64,000 bases of DNA from Ignavibacteria bacterium (GTDB lineage: Bacteria > Bacteroidota > Ignavibacteria > Kapaibacteriales > UBA2268), in the NCBI GenBank assembly GCA_026417135.1, contig JAOADV010000013.1, positions 1,142 through 65,141 of the forward strand, given 5' to 3'. Position 1 is the first letter of the stretch, and each line of letters opens with the position of its first letter. Below, in pieces: positions 38,471 through 47,767 of the stretch. Under the pieces are notes generated by a model. The model had not been told where the DNA came from and ran no database searches. It worked only from the letters and a program-made list of their open reading frames with translations. The position numbers and the translations under genes were made by a program.

Positions 38471-40026
38471 ATGTTGCTAAAATTCTTTCGGTATTAATAA
38501 TTTGCATTTCTTCCTTCGAAATTTTTTCGCAAAAGGTTCGACTTCCCGAAAATATTAATAAACACCAACCAACTATTTTACCAATTATTACCCCCGACAA
38601 CGACTTTTTGTATTTAGATAGAAAGTGGCATCCAGAAAATAGTGGTGGAGTTGAAGATGACGACGAAATTTGGGTTGCTAAACGAATCGATTCTCTTCGT
38701 TGGGATGAACCAAGGCGGCTCGAATCCGATTTAAACATTCCCGAAAGCAATACAATATTGTATATTTTCCCCGATGGCAATTCCGCACTCGTTTACGGAA
38801 ACTATTCTCAAGACGAAAAACCAAGTGAAAGACAAAGCTTGAATAATTTTGTTGTAACGAACTTTGGAATTGTAAGGAAAATAAATGAAAAATGGGACAA
38901 GCCCAATCCAATTAAAATTCGAAATTTTTACACGAAAAGCAAAAATTACTCAGCTACAATTAGTTCAGACAGAAGAATTCTCCTCCTTTCTCTCGAAAGA
39001 GATGATTCTTTCGGCGAGCTGGATATGTACATTTCCTACTTCGACAACTCAACTGGTGTCTATTCCGAACCGAAAAATTTAGGCTCTAAACTCAACACTA
39101 AAGGAATAGAACTTGTTTCGTTTTTAGCTTATGATAATAGGACACTATATTTTGCTAGTAATGGACATCGGGGCAAAGGTGATTTCGACTTATTTATGGT
39201 TCGTGCTAACGACGATAGTCTAAAATCTTGGGGCAATCCTATTCCTTTGGACGAGTTTATCAACTCTGAATTCGACGAAAGCTCAATTTCCTTAAATTTA
39301 TGGGGCGACACTGCCTATTTTACAAGTGGGGACAGCGAAAGTGGGAAAAGTGGAATTTATTTTTGCCGTCTTCCCGAACAATACCAACCTTTACCTTACT
39401 TAATTATTCAAGGAACTATCAAAACAAATATTGGAGAAAATATTTTCTTGTTACAAAAGCCAGTAACTTTCAAAGTCGACAACTTCGACCTCGATTATGT
39501 TTTTTACGATACTATTTATGATGGATTTTATAGAATTGTCATCCCTTATAATACCCAGTATAACTTTTTTGTATCTGCCGAGAAATTAAACGATATTAGT
39601 TTTTCCTCGAGTTCCAAAAAGTTAGACGAAGTCCGAATCCAAAATTACGATATAAAACTATCGCCGATTTTTGGCTTTGTCCCTACTCAACCGCAAAAAA
39701 AACTTCTTACTACAATATATTTCGATACAAATGTCGATACTCTTGGACAATTTGCTAAACAAAGTCTTTATGATTTTAGGCAAATCTTTTCGAATTTAGG
39801 TCCTAAAAAAATACTTATCGTCGGTCACACCGATGAAGTTGGTTCGAAAGAATTTAATATGAACCTTTCGTTGAGAAGGGCTGAAAATACTGCTCTATTT
39901 ATTTCTGAAACATTTCGAATAAGCCGGTCGCAAATCTCATATGAAGGTCGAGGTAAGACTGAACCGATTTCTAAGGATTTGTCGAAAAATCGAAGAGCAG
40001 AGATTTATTTGGTAAACGATGATTAA
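38467..40026 (+). CDS. PorE-like periplasmic protein: TolB-type beta-propeller + carboxypeptidase-regulatory-like domain + OmpA C-terminal peptidoglycan-binding domain
   Basis: Signal peptide and possible lipobox (LIICIS). PD40-like blades and a CRD-like segment (IQGTIKTNIGENIFLLQKPVTFKV). The OmpA_C motifs are GHTDEVGSKEFNMNLSLRRAENT...NRRAEIYLV. The stop overlaps the upstream GT4 in the ATGA arrangement. Confidence 0.55.
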   Translation: MNVAKILSVLIICISSFEIFSQKVRLPENINKHQPTILPIITPDNDFLYLDRKWHPENSGGVEDDDEIWVAKRIDSLRWDEPRRLESDLNIPESNTILYIFPDGNSALVYGNYSQDEKPSERQSLNNFVVTNFGIVRKINEKWDKPNPIKIRNFYTKSKNYSATISSDRRILLLSLERDDSFGELDMYISYFDNSTGVYSEPKNLGSKLNTKGIELVSFLAYDNRTLYFASNGHRGKGDFDLFMVRANDDSLKSWGNPIPLDEFINSEFDESSISLNLWGDTAYFTSGDSESGKSGIYFCRLPEQYQPLPYLIIQGTIKTNIGENIFLLQKPVTFKVDNFDLDYVFYDTIYDGFYRIVIPYNTQYNFFVSAEKLNDISFSSSSKKLDEVRIQNYDIKLSPIFGFVPTQPQKKLLTTIYFDTNVDTLGQFAKQSLYDFRQIFSNLGPKKILIVGHTDEVGSKEFNMNLSLRRAENTALFISETFRISRSQISYEGRGKTEPISKDLSKNRRAEIYLVNDD

Positions 40027-41734
40027 ATTTCTCATTTTATTAGTACCTTTTTGGTTTTTTGGAAATTCTGACCTTTTTGCTTTAAATCCGAAGGACTTTG
40101 CATTAACTCCAAAAATTAGAATTTCGGAATCTGGAAGTAATCTTATTTTGGATATAGAATTTCCAAAATTTGAATTCAAAGGTAGCTACATCGTAAAGCG
40201 AAAAAATTTACTCGAAAAGTTTTGGAGATTTGCGGACACTCTTCCTTCTAATCTCTTAAATTATATTGATACAATTCCAAATGTTAGTTCCAACTTTTAC
40301 GAATATTCCTTTTCCTTCGTTTCCGATACTTTTAAGTCGTTTGCCTATATCGTAGCTGGAAACAAAACCCAACTGGAGAATTTTCGAGGAAACGTATTAA
40401 TTCTTGTCGATGACTCCTTGGCACCAAAACTTTCGGAGGAACTACTGGCCTACAAATCTTCACTTGAAGGGGATTTTTGGTCGGTCGAAATCCGAAGCGT
40501 CCCTCGTTCGAATGAGTTCAACCCACAACTTGTTAACTCAACAAAAAGAGTAGTAAACGCGTTTCGACGTAGATGGGGCAAGAACTTTAAAGCGCTTATC
40601 TTGATTGGTCGGGTGCCAGTTCCTTATACTGGTAATACTACTTTAGACGGGCACCCCGACCACATCGGGGCATTCCCTTCCGATTTATTTTATGTCCTCG
40701 ACGATAGCCTTTGGCAAGACGAAACAGATTACAACGTAGGTGCAATTCGAAAAGAGAATTGGAACGTACCATTCGATGGCAAGTTCGACAATTCGATTTT
40801 ACCATCCGAAATTGGAATTTCAGTCGGAAGAATCGACTTTTTCAATTTGCCAGATTTTCTTGAAAACGAAACCACTTTGTTGAAACGATATCTCGAAAAG
40901 AACATTAATTTTCGTTTTGGGCGAGTGCCAAAATCAAATTCTGGACTAATTGACGATGGGTTCCGTTTGAGTTATCCCGAAGTTTTTTCGGCAAATGCTT
41001 GGATGAATTTTAATGTTTTATGCGACACTGTTATCGAATCTAAATTTTCCAATGTTCTATCGAACGAGTTTTACCGTTTTGCTTATGCTTGCAATGCTGG
41101 TTCTTTCAATTCTATTTGGTCTTCGATAAATTCCGAAGAATGTTCCGAAAAGTCGATAAATACTTCCTTTGCTTTTCTTCTCGGCTCATACCTTTGGGAT
41201 TGGGATAGCGAACGTAACTTACTTCGCTCGCTTTTAGCTTCGGAGCCAAATGTGGTTCTCGTTGCTTGGATAGGAAGACCTTTTTGGCACTTCCACCATT
41301 TTTCAGCGGGAGTACCTTTCGTTCACTCTTTCATTCAAACCGTCAACAACAAGGATTTATATCCTTCCACTGGTTTATATGGTTACAAAGGTGCACACAT
41401 AAGTTTACTTGGCGACCCAACTTTAAGAATAAAATTCCCAGAACCACCATCAAGTTTCAATCATAAGATAGCGGAAGGTGATACTTTAACATTGTCTTGG
41501 CGACCTCCGTCCGACACCACAAATTTACTTGGATACCTCTTAATGTTTCGCAAAGACAAAAAAGATTGGGACTCAATTATTCAGCTTCCTGCTACAGCAA
41601 GCTTTTATGAAATTAAAGGCTTATCCAAAGGTAAATACGAATTCCAGTTAAAAACACTCTTCAAAGAATACTACAAGTATGGATACTACCTTAATCCAAG
41701 CACTGGAATTGTCCAATATATAACAATTGAGTAG
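40019..41734 (+). CDS. secreted protein with possible clan-CD (C25/gingipain-like) peptidase fold and C-terminal Fn3-like domain
   Basis: Signal peptide. A His-Gly (DGHPDHIG) ... Ala-Cys (FAYACNAGSF) arrangement after a Rossmann-like VLILVDD start. The Cys-protease assignment is tentative. Confidence 0.3.
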   Translation: MIKFLILLVPFWFFGNSDLFALNPKDFALTPKIRISESGSNLILDIEFPKFEFKGSYIVKRKNLLEKFWRFADTLPSNLLNYIDTIPNVSSNFYEYSFSFVSDTFKSFAYIVAGNKTQLENFRGNVLILVDDSLAPKLSEELLAYKSSLEGDFWSVEIRSVPRSNEFNPQLVNSTKRVVNAFRRRWGKNFKALILIGRVPVPYTGNTTLDGHPDHIGAFPSDLFYVLDDSLWQDETDYNVGAIRKENWNVPFDGKFDNSILPSEIGISVGRIDFFNLPDFLENETTLLKRYLEKNINFRFGRVPKSNSGLIDDGFRLSYPEVFSANAWMNFNVLCDTVIESKFSNVLSNEFYRFAYACNAGSFNSIWSSINSEECSEKSINTSFAFLLGSYLWDWDSERNLLRSLLASEPNVVLVAWIGRPFWHFHHFSAGVPFVHSFIQTVNNKDLYPSTGLYGYKGAHISLLGDPTLRIKFPEPPSSFNHKIAEGDTLTLSWRPPSDTTNLLGYLLMFRKDKKDWDSIIQLPATASFYEIKGLSKGKYEFQLKTLFKEYYKYGYYLNPSTGIVQYITIE

Positions 41735-41872
41735 CAGAAATAAAGAATTAGTTTGGTTAAAATACAGCAAAAGTAATTACTCATCCATCTTTAACAATAA
41801 AGATAATTTTCGGATATTCGTTTATTTTTTGTAATTTACATTGCATAATTTTATATAATTCAAAATGTTATA

Positions 41873-42670
41873 ATGGAACAAATAAAGACTCTGTCGAGCC
41901 TCGAAGGACGAAAACTTTTGTACAGTATCTACCAAGAGCTTCGTTACGAAAAACAACTTTCGAATATACAGATTTTGATTCTTACTTGGCGAATTTGCAC
42001 AACTGAACGTGAAATTTCCAGATACATTAAGAAAGATGTACAAGTTCTTCACCCTTTAGGTTTTTTTGCTGGGACAGCTTTGTGGATGGAAGAATTTGTC
42101 AATCGTTTTTATTTTTCAACTATCAACTCTTTTGTGTATTTCGGAGCTGCTATATTACTTGTGTTAATTGGAATTCGCCGTTTTTCTTCGATTGTAAGCG
42201 ATACAATTGTCATAGCTGGCGTCGTTTTCGAAGCCCTAATGCTGTTGTTTATGTTTGTCGTGATGTTATTTACTCCAAGCGAAGATGCACTTCCAGTCAA
42301 CAAACAAGAAGAGGACGACTCGGCAAAGGAACTCCTATACGAAATTGGTGAAATTTCGACAGAGTTGGCTTCGGCGGTAACAAAACTCGAAAGCTTAGGC
42401 GATAACATTCGTTTACTCTTAATTCAACAGAACGAGATATTATCCCTTTTGCGTGAATCGAACGAAATGACACGACAAATAATATCTCCAAACCCGAAAC
42501 TACTCGAAACAATGGAACTTACTAACAATTCACTCCAAGAATTTACATCAACAATAGAAACTTTAACTCAAAATTTAAAAAAACTTGAGCAGGAACAAAT
42601 TGAATTAACCGTTCGCCGTGAATTAGAAAACTTCTTCGTAAGTCTTTTGAATAATAAAAATGCAAAATAA
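41873..42670 (+). CDS. gldL: GldL/PorL-like two-TM motor-type protein (probable true start at ATG 42086)
   Basis: From Met at 42086 there are two TM helices with a glutamate at position 49 in TM2 (VVFEALML), followed by a ~130-aa cytoplasmic coiled coil. This is the GldL architecture, including the TM2 Glu49. Confidence 0.5.
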   Translation: MEQIKTLSSLEGRKLLYSIYQELRYEKQLSNIQILILTWRICTTEREISRYIKKDVQVLHPLGFFAGTALWMEEFVNRFYFSTINSFVYFGAAILLVLIGIRRFSSIVSDTIVIAGVVFEALMLLFMFVVMLFTPSEDALPVNKQEEDDSAKELLYEIGEISTELASAVTKLESLGDNIRLLLIQQNEILSLLRESNEMTRQIISPNPKLLETMELTNNSLQEFTSTIETLTQNLKKLEQEQIELTVRRELENFFVSLLNNKNAK

Positions 42671-44165
42671 GGTAAGAAGAAGAAGAATCGTTGAAATATA
42701 TTTTATCCTTTATCTTGCTGCTTTGATTTTTATTCTACCCGAAAGCAGTTTCGAACCTGCTAAAAATAATGGACAGGAAGTCGTCGGCGACTTTGCAAGT
42801 GGTTTTACATTGATTCCCGAAAAAACTTCATTACTGTGCAAAGTTGCGGTCGAACCAAATGGAAACAAAATTATTTCTTTTCTCGATTCATCCAATGTAA
42901 TTTTCTATACTGGCGATTTCGAAGACATTCAGTTTGAATTTATTGTCGAGGACCAAGCATCGAACCAATCTGTTTCGCTTCGCCCCGATAAAAACTACAA
43001 TCTAAAATACTTCCGGGTTATCGAAGTTCCAGAAAAGCGAGCAGCAATATTCTACTGGCGACCACAAATTTTGGAAAGAATGAGCAACACTTATTTAGTT
43101 CGCGTCGAAGCAACAGCCCGAAGCAAAAAAGCTTTTGGAGAAAAGTTCCCCGAGAAATTTACGTATAAAGCAAGCACACAATTCACTTTGCTTGTCGTTT
43201 TGATGAATGCTGAAACTGGCGAGCAAGTCCTGGCACAAGAGTCGGGCAAACCTTCTATTTTTCCATTCAACTTGCTCGATAAAACCGAAGAAATTCCAAC
43301 AGGATTTAGTGTGGGCAAAGTTTCTATAAGCCCTGCAATTATAAACGTTTCGCAAATTGCATATCAGCAATGGACAAATACAATTCGGGCGACTAATGTA
43401 AATCTATCGTCGGACGCAAAGATAAACTTAAATATCAAGCCTCAACCACCAAATAATGGTGGGACAGCCCAGATAGCAGAAATTTATCCAGATTATTTGC
43501 TTTTGCGCGGTAAGACGCCATCGAATGGTAAACTATTAGTCGAAGTTTCCATTGTAAGGAAATTTGATGGGCAGGAAGCAAAAACATCATTCACTGTTAC
43601 TCCCCAACAAATCGAAAAGCCTATATACGCCGAAAGTATATATCCGGGCCAAAGTGTTACTATCGACCCACGCTTCCCTTTAATTCCGGGAGAATCTAAG
43701 CTTATTCTTAAAGAGGGCGAACGAATACGAGCAAGCAGTTTGGGAGGTGCTCCTTTGACTTTTACGCCCGAACTCGCCGACACTGGAAAACGACTTACAA
43801 TTGAAAGATACATCGATAACAATCTGCTCGGACAAACTTATTTTCTTTACATACAGAATTTCCCTTACCCAGAGATTCTTGATGTTGTACCCTCTGGCAA
43901 TCGCCAAGTCGAATTGGTTACACAAGCCTATGGAATTTTAAATCGGGAAAGAAACGAAGTCGTTGAACTTATTCTCGAAGGCAATGTTTCGAATAAATAT
44001 ATCGATTTGCGTGGCAAATTGCAAGATATTAATGCTTCCCTTCCCTACCGAAAACAATATTTCCAATTGAAACCAAAAGACCCAGCAAAACCATTCGTTT
44101 TTAATGTAGTTGCAATAGACAAGTTTGGGCGGCAGTCGGTTCCCCGAAGAGTAGTAGCCGATTAG
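42660..44165 (+). CDS. bitopic periplasmic protein, GldM/PorM-like partner (divergent)
   Basis: N-terminal RRRR then a TM helix (Arg9 at the same position as the conserved GldM Arg9), followed by ~460 aa of beta-rich periplasmic domains. It overlaps the gldL-like stop by 11 nt. Confidence 0.4.
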   Translation: MQNKVRRRRIVEIYFILYLAALIFILPESSFEPAKNNGQEVVGDFASGFTLIPEKTSLLCKVAVEPNGNKIISFLDSSNVIFYTGDFEDIQFEFIVEDQASNQSVSLRPDKNYNLKYFRVIEVPEKRAAIFYWRPQILERMSNTYLVRVEATARSKKAFGEKFPEKFTYKASTQFTLLVVLMNAETGEQVLAQESGKPSIFPFNLLDKTEEIPTGFSVGKVSISPAIINVSQIAYQQWTNTIRATNVNLSSDAKINLNIKPQPPNNGGTAQIAEIYPDYLLLRGKTPSNGKLLVEVSIVRKFDGQEAKTSFTVTPQQIEKPIYAESIYPGQSVTIDPRFPLIPGESKLILKEGERIRASSLGGAPLTFTPELADTGKRLTIERYIDNNLLGQTYFLYIQNFPYPEILDVVPSGNRQVELVTQAYGILNRERNEVVELILEGNVSNKYIDLRGKLQDINASLPYRKQYFQLKPKDPAKPFVFNVVAIDKFGRQSVPRRVVAD

Positions 44166-44184
44166 TAATTTTACCTCGAAAGCC

Positions 44185-45387
44185 TTATTTCTTTTTAATC
44201 AAATTACTATGTTCCAGCAAAATCCTTTGTGCACGATGTCCCCAAGTATGTTTTTCGATTGCCTCTTTGTGAGCATTGCGGCCAATTTTATTTGCCAAGT
44301 CGGGGTCCTTGTATATTTCAAAAATTGCTTCTGCAATGGCTTCAGGATTACGTTCTTCGACAAGTATTGCGTTATATCGGTCGACAAAAATTTCTTTCTG
44401 CTGTCCGACAGCAGTTGCAACAACTGGTTTACCTAAACCCATATACTCGAAATTTTTAAGTGGGCTATTGAAGAATTCAGTGCCATCGTCGTTGTTAATA
44501 CAAGGAGAAACCAATACATCACAAGCACTTAGATATTGAGGAACACTATTATATGGTAAGAAACCAGTTATTATAGTTTGGCTTTCAAGGTTATCGCGCT
44601 TGACAATGTAGTCGAGTTGTGCACGATAATCGCCATCGCCGACGAATAAGAAGACAGCATTGGGAATTCGTTTACGAATAAATTTTAGCGACTCGGCGAA
44701 AAATGTAATGCCATGATAGTACCCGAAAGTACCAGAAAAACCAATAACGAACTTATTTTTTAAATCGAACTCCTCGACAAGTTGCGAAGCATCTATGTTC
44801 GGATTGAAAAGTTCTGGGTCGAAACCGCACGGATTAACAATAATTTTATTGTCTTCGACACCTAATTCCGTAAGCTGCTTTTTCAATTGGTTCGAGAAAG
44901 TAAAGATTCTGTCCGAAGCTATCCATTCGATTTCTTGCGCCCAACGCAAAAGATGAGCGAAATACAGTTTCCCCCAATGCTTTTTCACCCAATAATTTAC
45001 ACCGTCGACTTGCAAGAACAAAGGTATGTTGAATTTTTTTCTAATTATTGCTCCACTAAAATTGAAATCGTGAATTACTTTGTAAATAAAATCGACTTTT
45101 TCCAATTGACGAATTATCCGACTTGTTTCTCTTGTGGATTTTAACTGGTACGGAAAAGAGAACACTTCTGGAAAATTCCGAAAGAATTTATTGAAAGGAA
45201 CAAAAAAATCGATAACACCTTCGGGGAGTTTTGTTTTACCACCGGAAATATGATATATTTTGTTACCTCTTTTGATTAGTTCTTTAATCAAACCTCGTAC
45301 GGTCGCACTTATTCCAGCATCGGCGAAGGCGCCGAAGTAGTCAATTCGCCAAAATATTATTCGAAGTCCGTTGTTTATTTGTTCCAT
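44185..45387 (-). CDS. family 4 glycosyltransferase
   Basis: GT-B fold with a C-terminal EYMGLGKPVVATAVGQQKEI motif (EX7E region). Confidence 0.75.
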   Translation of the reverse strand: MEQINNGLRIIFWRIDYFGAFADAGISATVRGLIKELIKRGNKIYHISGGKTKLPEGVIDFFVPFNKFFRNFPEVFSFPYQLKSTRETSRIIRQLEKVDFIYKVIHDFNFSGAIIRKKFNIPLFLQVDGVNYWVKKHWGKLYFAHLLRWAQEIEWIASDRIFTFSNQLKKQLTELGVEDNKIIVNPCGFDPELFNPNIDASQLVEEFDLKNKFVIGFSGTFGYYHGITFFAESLKFIRKRIPNAVFLFVGDGDYRAQLDYIVKRDNLESQTIITGFLPYNSVPQYLSACDVLVSPCINNDDGTEFFNSPLKNFEYMGLGKPVVATAVGQQKEIFVDRYNAILVEERNPEAIAEAIFEIYKDPDLANKIGRNAHKEAIEKHTWGHRAQRILLEHSNLIKKK

Positions 45388-45604
45388 ACAATTCGAAATA
45401 CACCTTAAAAAGAAATATTATGTCGTATTATTAAATAAAAAAATTTTGAACAATGCCATTAATAATCAATAGATTATCAAAATCCAAAATTAACTATATT
45501 TTTCCTTGTAAATTATTGTCGATAGATGAACACTTTCGTAAATATCGGAAGGTTATTTTAATAAAGAGATAATATTTAATTATTGACTTAAAAGTAGTGG
45601 CAAC

Positions 45605-46525
45605 TTATGTGAATTTAAGTTGCATATCCGATTTGATTTTTGTTTCGAGTTCATAAATTCTTCTTTCGGCCAGCTTGCAATAATCCTCGTTAATTTCGTA
45701 GCCGACAAATTTTCTGTTGGATTTTATCGCAGCAAGTGCAGTTTGTCCACTTCCCATAAACGGGTCGAGAACTACATCTCCTTCGAAGGAATAAAGTTGT
45801 ATTAAACGATAAGGTAGTTCGATAGGGAATGGTGCTGGGTGGCCAACTTTTTTGGCTTGTTCAGCTGAAAATGTCCATAGACTTTTGGTATATTCAAGGA
45901 ACTCTTCTTTGGAAATTGTATTTTTTTTGTTTTTATCGAATCTGCTGTAAGTATCTTTCGAAAAGACTAATATATATTCGTGCATATCGCGGAGAGTTGG
46001 ATTTTTTGCTGAAATCCAACTTCCCCACGCAGTCGAAGGGCTTATGCTTGTCCCTTTATTCCAAATAATTTCTCCACGCATAAGGTAGCCTAACTCTAGC
46101 ATATCTTCAATGATGTAGATATGGAGTGGTAGGTATGGTTTTCTGCCTAAATTTGCAACATTAATGCAAGCACGACCGCCAGGGACTAAGACTCTTTTGA
46201 CTTCATTCCAAACAATTTTTAAAAAGTTTCTATATTCTTCGAGTGTCAAATCATTGTCATATTCTTTCCCAACATTATAAGGTGGCGAAGTAATCATTAA
46301 ATGAACACAACAATCGGGCAATTCAATCATTTTTTCGCTGGATTTGCAAATAATCTTGTTTAGGTATGTTTTTGGTACTTCGTTTTCAAGATATTTAATA
46401 TTTCTGTTTTCTTTGGATAAGCCTTCGTATAATCTACTGTTGTAAAATTGACTTGAATCGTGGTTAATTCTTCCTGGCGAGCCGAAAGAGCTGGTTTTTG
46501 TCCCTTTCCTTTTATTTTCTCTCAT
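45605..46525 (-). CDS. beta-class N4-cytosine or N6-adenine DNA methyltransferase (SPPY type)
   Basis: Motif IV ITSPPY precedes motif I DPFMGSGQT (beta permutation). It belongs to the PF01555-type N4/N6 MTase family; SPPY suggests m4C. Confidence 0.8.
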   Translation of the reverse strand: MRENKRKGTKTSSFGSPGRINHDSSQFYNSRLYEGLSKENRNIKYLENEVPKTYLNKIICKSSEKMIELPDCCVHLMITSPPYNVGKEYDNDLTLEEYRNFLKIVWNEVKRVLVPGGRACINVANLGRKPYLPLHIYIIEDMLELGYLMRGEIIWNKGTSISPSTAWGSWISAKNPTLRDMHEYILVFSKDTYSRFDKNKKNTISKEEFLEYTKSLWTFSAEQAKKVGHPAPFPIELPYRLIQLYSFEGDVVLDPFMGSGQTALAAIKSNRKFVGYEINEDYCKLAERRIYELETKIKSDMQLKFT

Positions 46526-46958
46526 TTAGTCTTTCCTCCAAAGTTCAACCCATCTCTCGTAGCGGTTAAAGTTAATTTCTTTCCTTTCCCAAAAAATATC
46601 GATAAATGAAGTTTCTTTATCTTCTGCAAGCTTTTGAACTGCCTCTTTCGAAATCTCTACGCCTCTTGGATTTGTTCCTGATTTAGGTAATTTAATATAT
46701 TTTTCTCTTCCAATCTCATTGAAAACTCTTTGTTGAGCTTCAGAAGGGAAGTAATATAATCCCCCCTCTACCTTTCCAATTAATGTGGGCGAGAAGGATG
46801 TCTATTCTTGGGTTATACTTATTGTAAAATTCTTTGGCTTTGGCTACGTCAATTGTCGATATTAGCTTAAAACCGCCTAAATTTGCCCCAGAGATTGTTT
46901 TGATTATTTGCCTTGGCAAAGCGAAATAATTATATGTATTCAGAAATATATTTCTATC
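46526..46958 (-). pseudogene. start-less, frameshifted ORF remnant immediately upstream of the MTase (candidate decayed restriction endonuclease or other R-M partner)
   Basis: On the minus strand ~65 codons are open in one frame from the upstream stop (DRNIFLNTYNYFALPRQIIKTISGANLGGFKLISTIDVAKAKEFYNKYNPRIDILLAHINWKGRGG). A second frame then continues for ~90 codons (..LYYFPSEAQQRVFNEIGREKYIKLPKSGTNPRGVEISKEAVQKLAEDKETSFIDIFWERKEINFNRYERWVELWRKD*). The switch falls at a G6 run (plus C6 at 46761..46766), and there is no ATG. Its TAA stop abuts the MTase ATG. Confidence 0.45.
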
Positions 46959-47765
46959 TTACTTTTCTGCAATGATTTTATAAAATTCGGGTCTCCTATC
47001 GGTAAAGACGTTGTCGAAGTCGTCGAAACTTTTGTCGCGGGTAGCTGAAGGTGATATAACTGCCGAGATAATCTCTTCGTTGTCGGGCGAAGCAGAAGTT
47101 ATTAATTGCCCGTTGTAATGCCAAATCCCAGATTTTCCATTAAATATTAAAGTTTCGTTGCTGTTGGTTTCTTCGCCAACACGATTTACAACTAATAGGT
47201 ATATTTTGTTTTCGAGCGCACGCGAAGGCATCGAAATAGACCAAACCTTGGTTACTAAATTAGAGGGACATACGATTAAATCGGCACCTTTCAAAGCAAG
47301 AACTCGTGCAGATTCGGGAAATCTCCAATCGTAACAAATCATAGTTCCAAGATTTAAGTCGAATTCTGGATACTTAACCACGAAAAAGCCTGTATTGCCC
47401 GGTTCAAAGACAAATTTCTCTCGATAAAATAAATGGGATTTACGATATACACAAGAAAGTTCAGAATCGGGGAATAATATTGCACAAGAGTTATAAATTT
47501 TCGATTCGAATCGTTCTGGAAAGCCGAACAATATAATCCGATTCATACTGGTTGCTAAGCCTTGAAATTCTCGAACAATTTCGGAATGGAACTCAAAGGA
47601 ATGTGGCAATATTTCGTCGCTGGAAAGGTAAAAATAACCCGATGTTGCAAGCTCTGGAAAAGCAACTAAATCACCATCGACCGACTTAACTTTTTCTTTC
47701 ATATAGTCGAGATTTTCCTCGGTCTTTTTAAACTTAGGATAAAATTGAACACCAACTATTACCAT
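46959..47765 (-). CDS. carbon-nitrogen hydrolase (nitrilase superfamily)
   Basis: The Glu-Lys-Cys triad context (FPELATSGY, ...KSHLF, GTMICYDWRFPE) is present. Confidence 0.8.
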   Translation of the reverse strand: MVIVGVQFYPKFKKTEENLDYMKEKVKSVDGDLVAFPELATSGYFYLSSDEILPHSFEFHSEIVREFQGLATSMNRIILFGFPERFESKIYNSCAILFPDSELSCVYRKSHLFYREKFVFEPGNTGFFVVKYPEFDLNLGTMICYDWRFPESARVLALKGADLIVCPSNLVTKVWSISMPSRALENKIYLLVVNRVGEETNSNETLIFNGKSGIWHYNGQLITSASPDNEEIISAVISPSATRDKSFDDFDNVFTDRRPEFYKIIAEK

Positions 47766-47767
47766 AA

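Noticed and set aside
40019-41734. Considered this ORF as GldK/PorK (expected upstream of gldL)
   Set aside because: It lacks the FGE-sulfatase-like lipoprotein character. The His-Gly ... Ala-Cys dyad spacing and C-terminal Fn3-like domain fit a clan-CD peptidase-like secreted protein better, so it is left as a low-confidence C25-like call.
41873-42085. 71-aa N-terminal extension of the GldL-like ORF
   Set aside because: With the ATG at 42086 as start, TM1 begins at residue ~15 and the TM2 glutamate is residue 49, as in GldL. The upstream extension is hydrophilic and has no counterpart in GldL/PorL, so it is probably not translated. This is uncertain, so the feature is listed with both coordinates.
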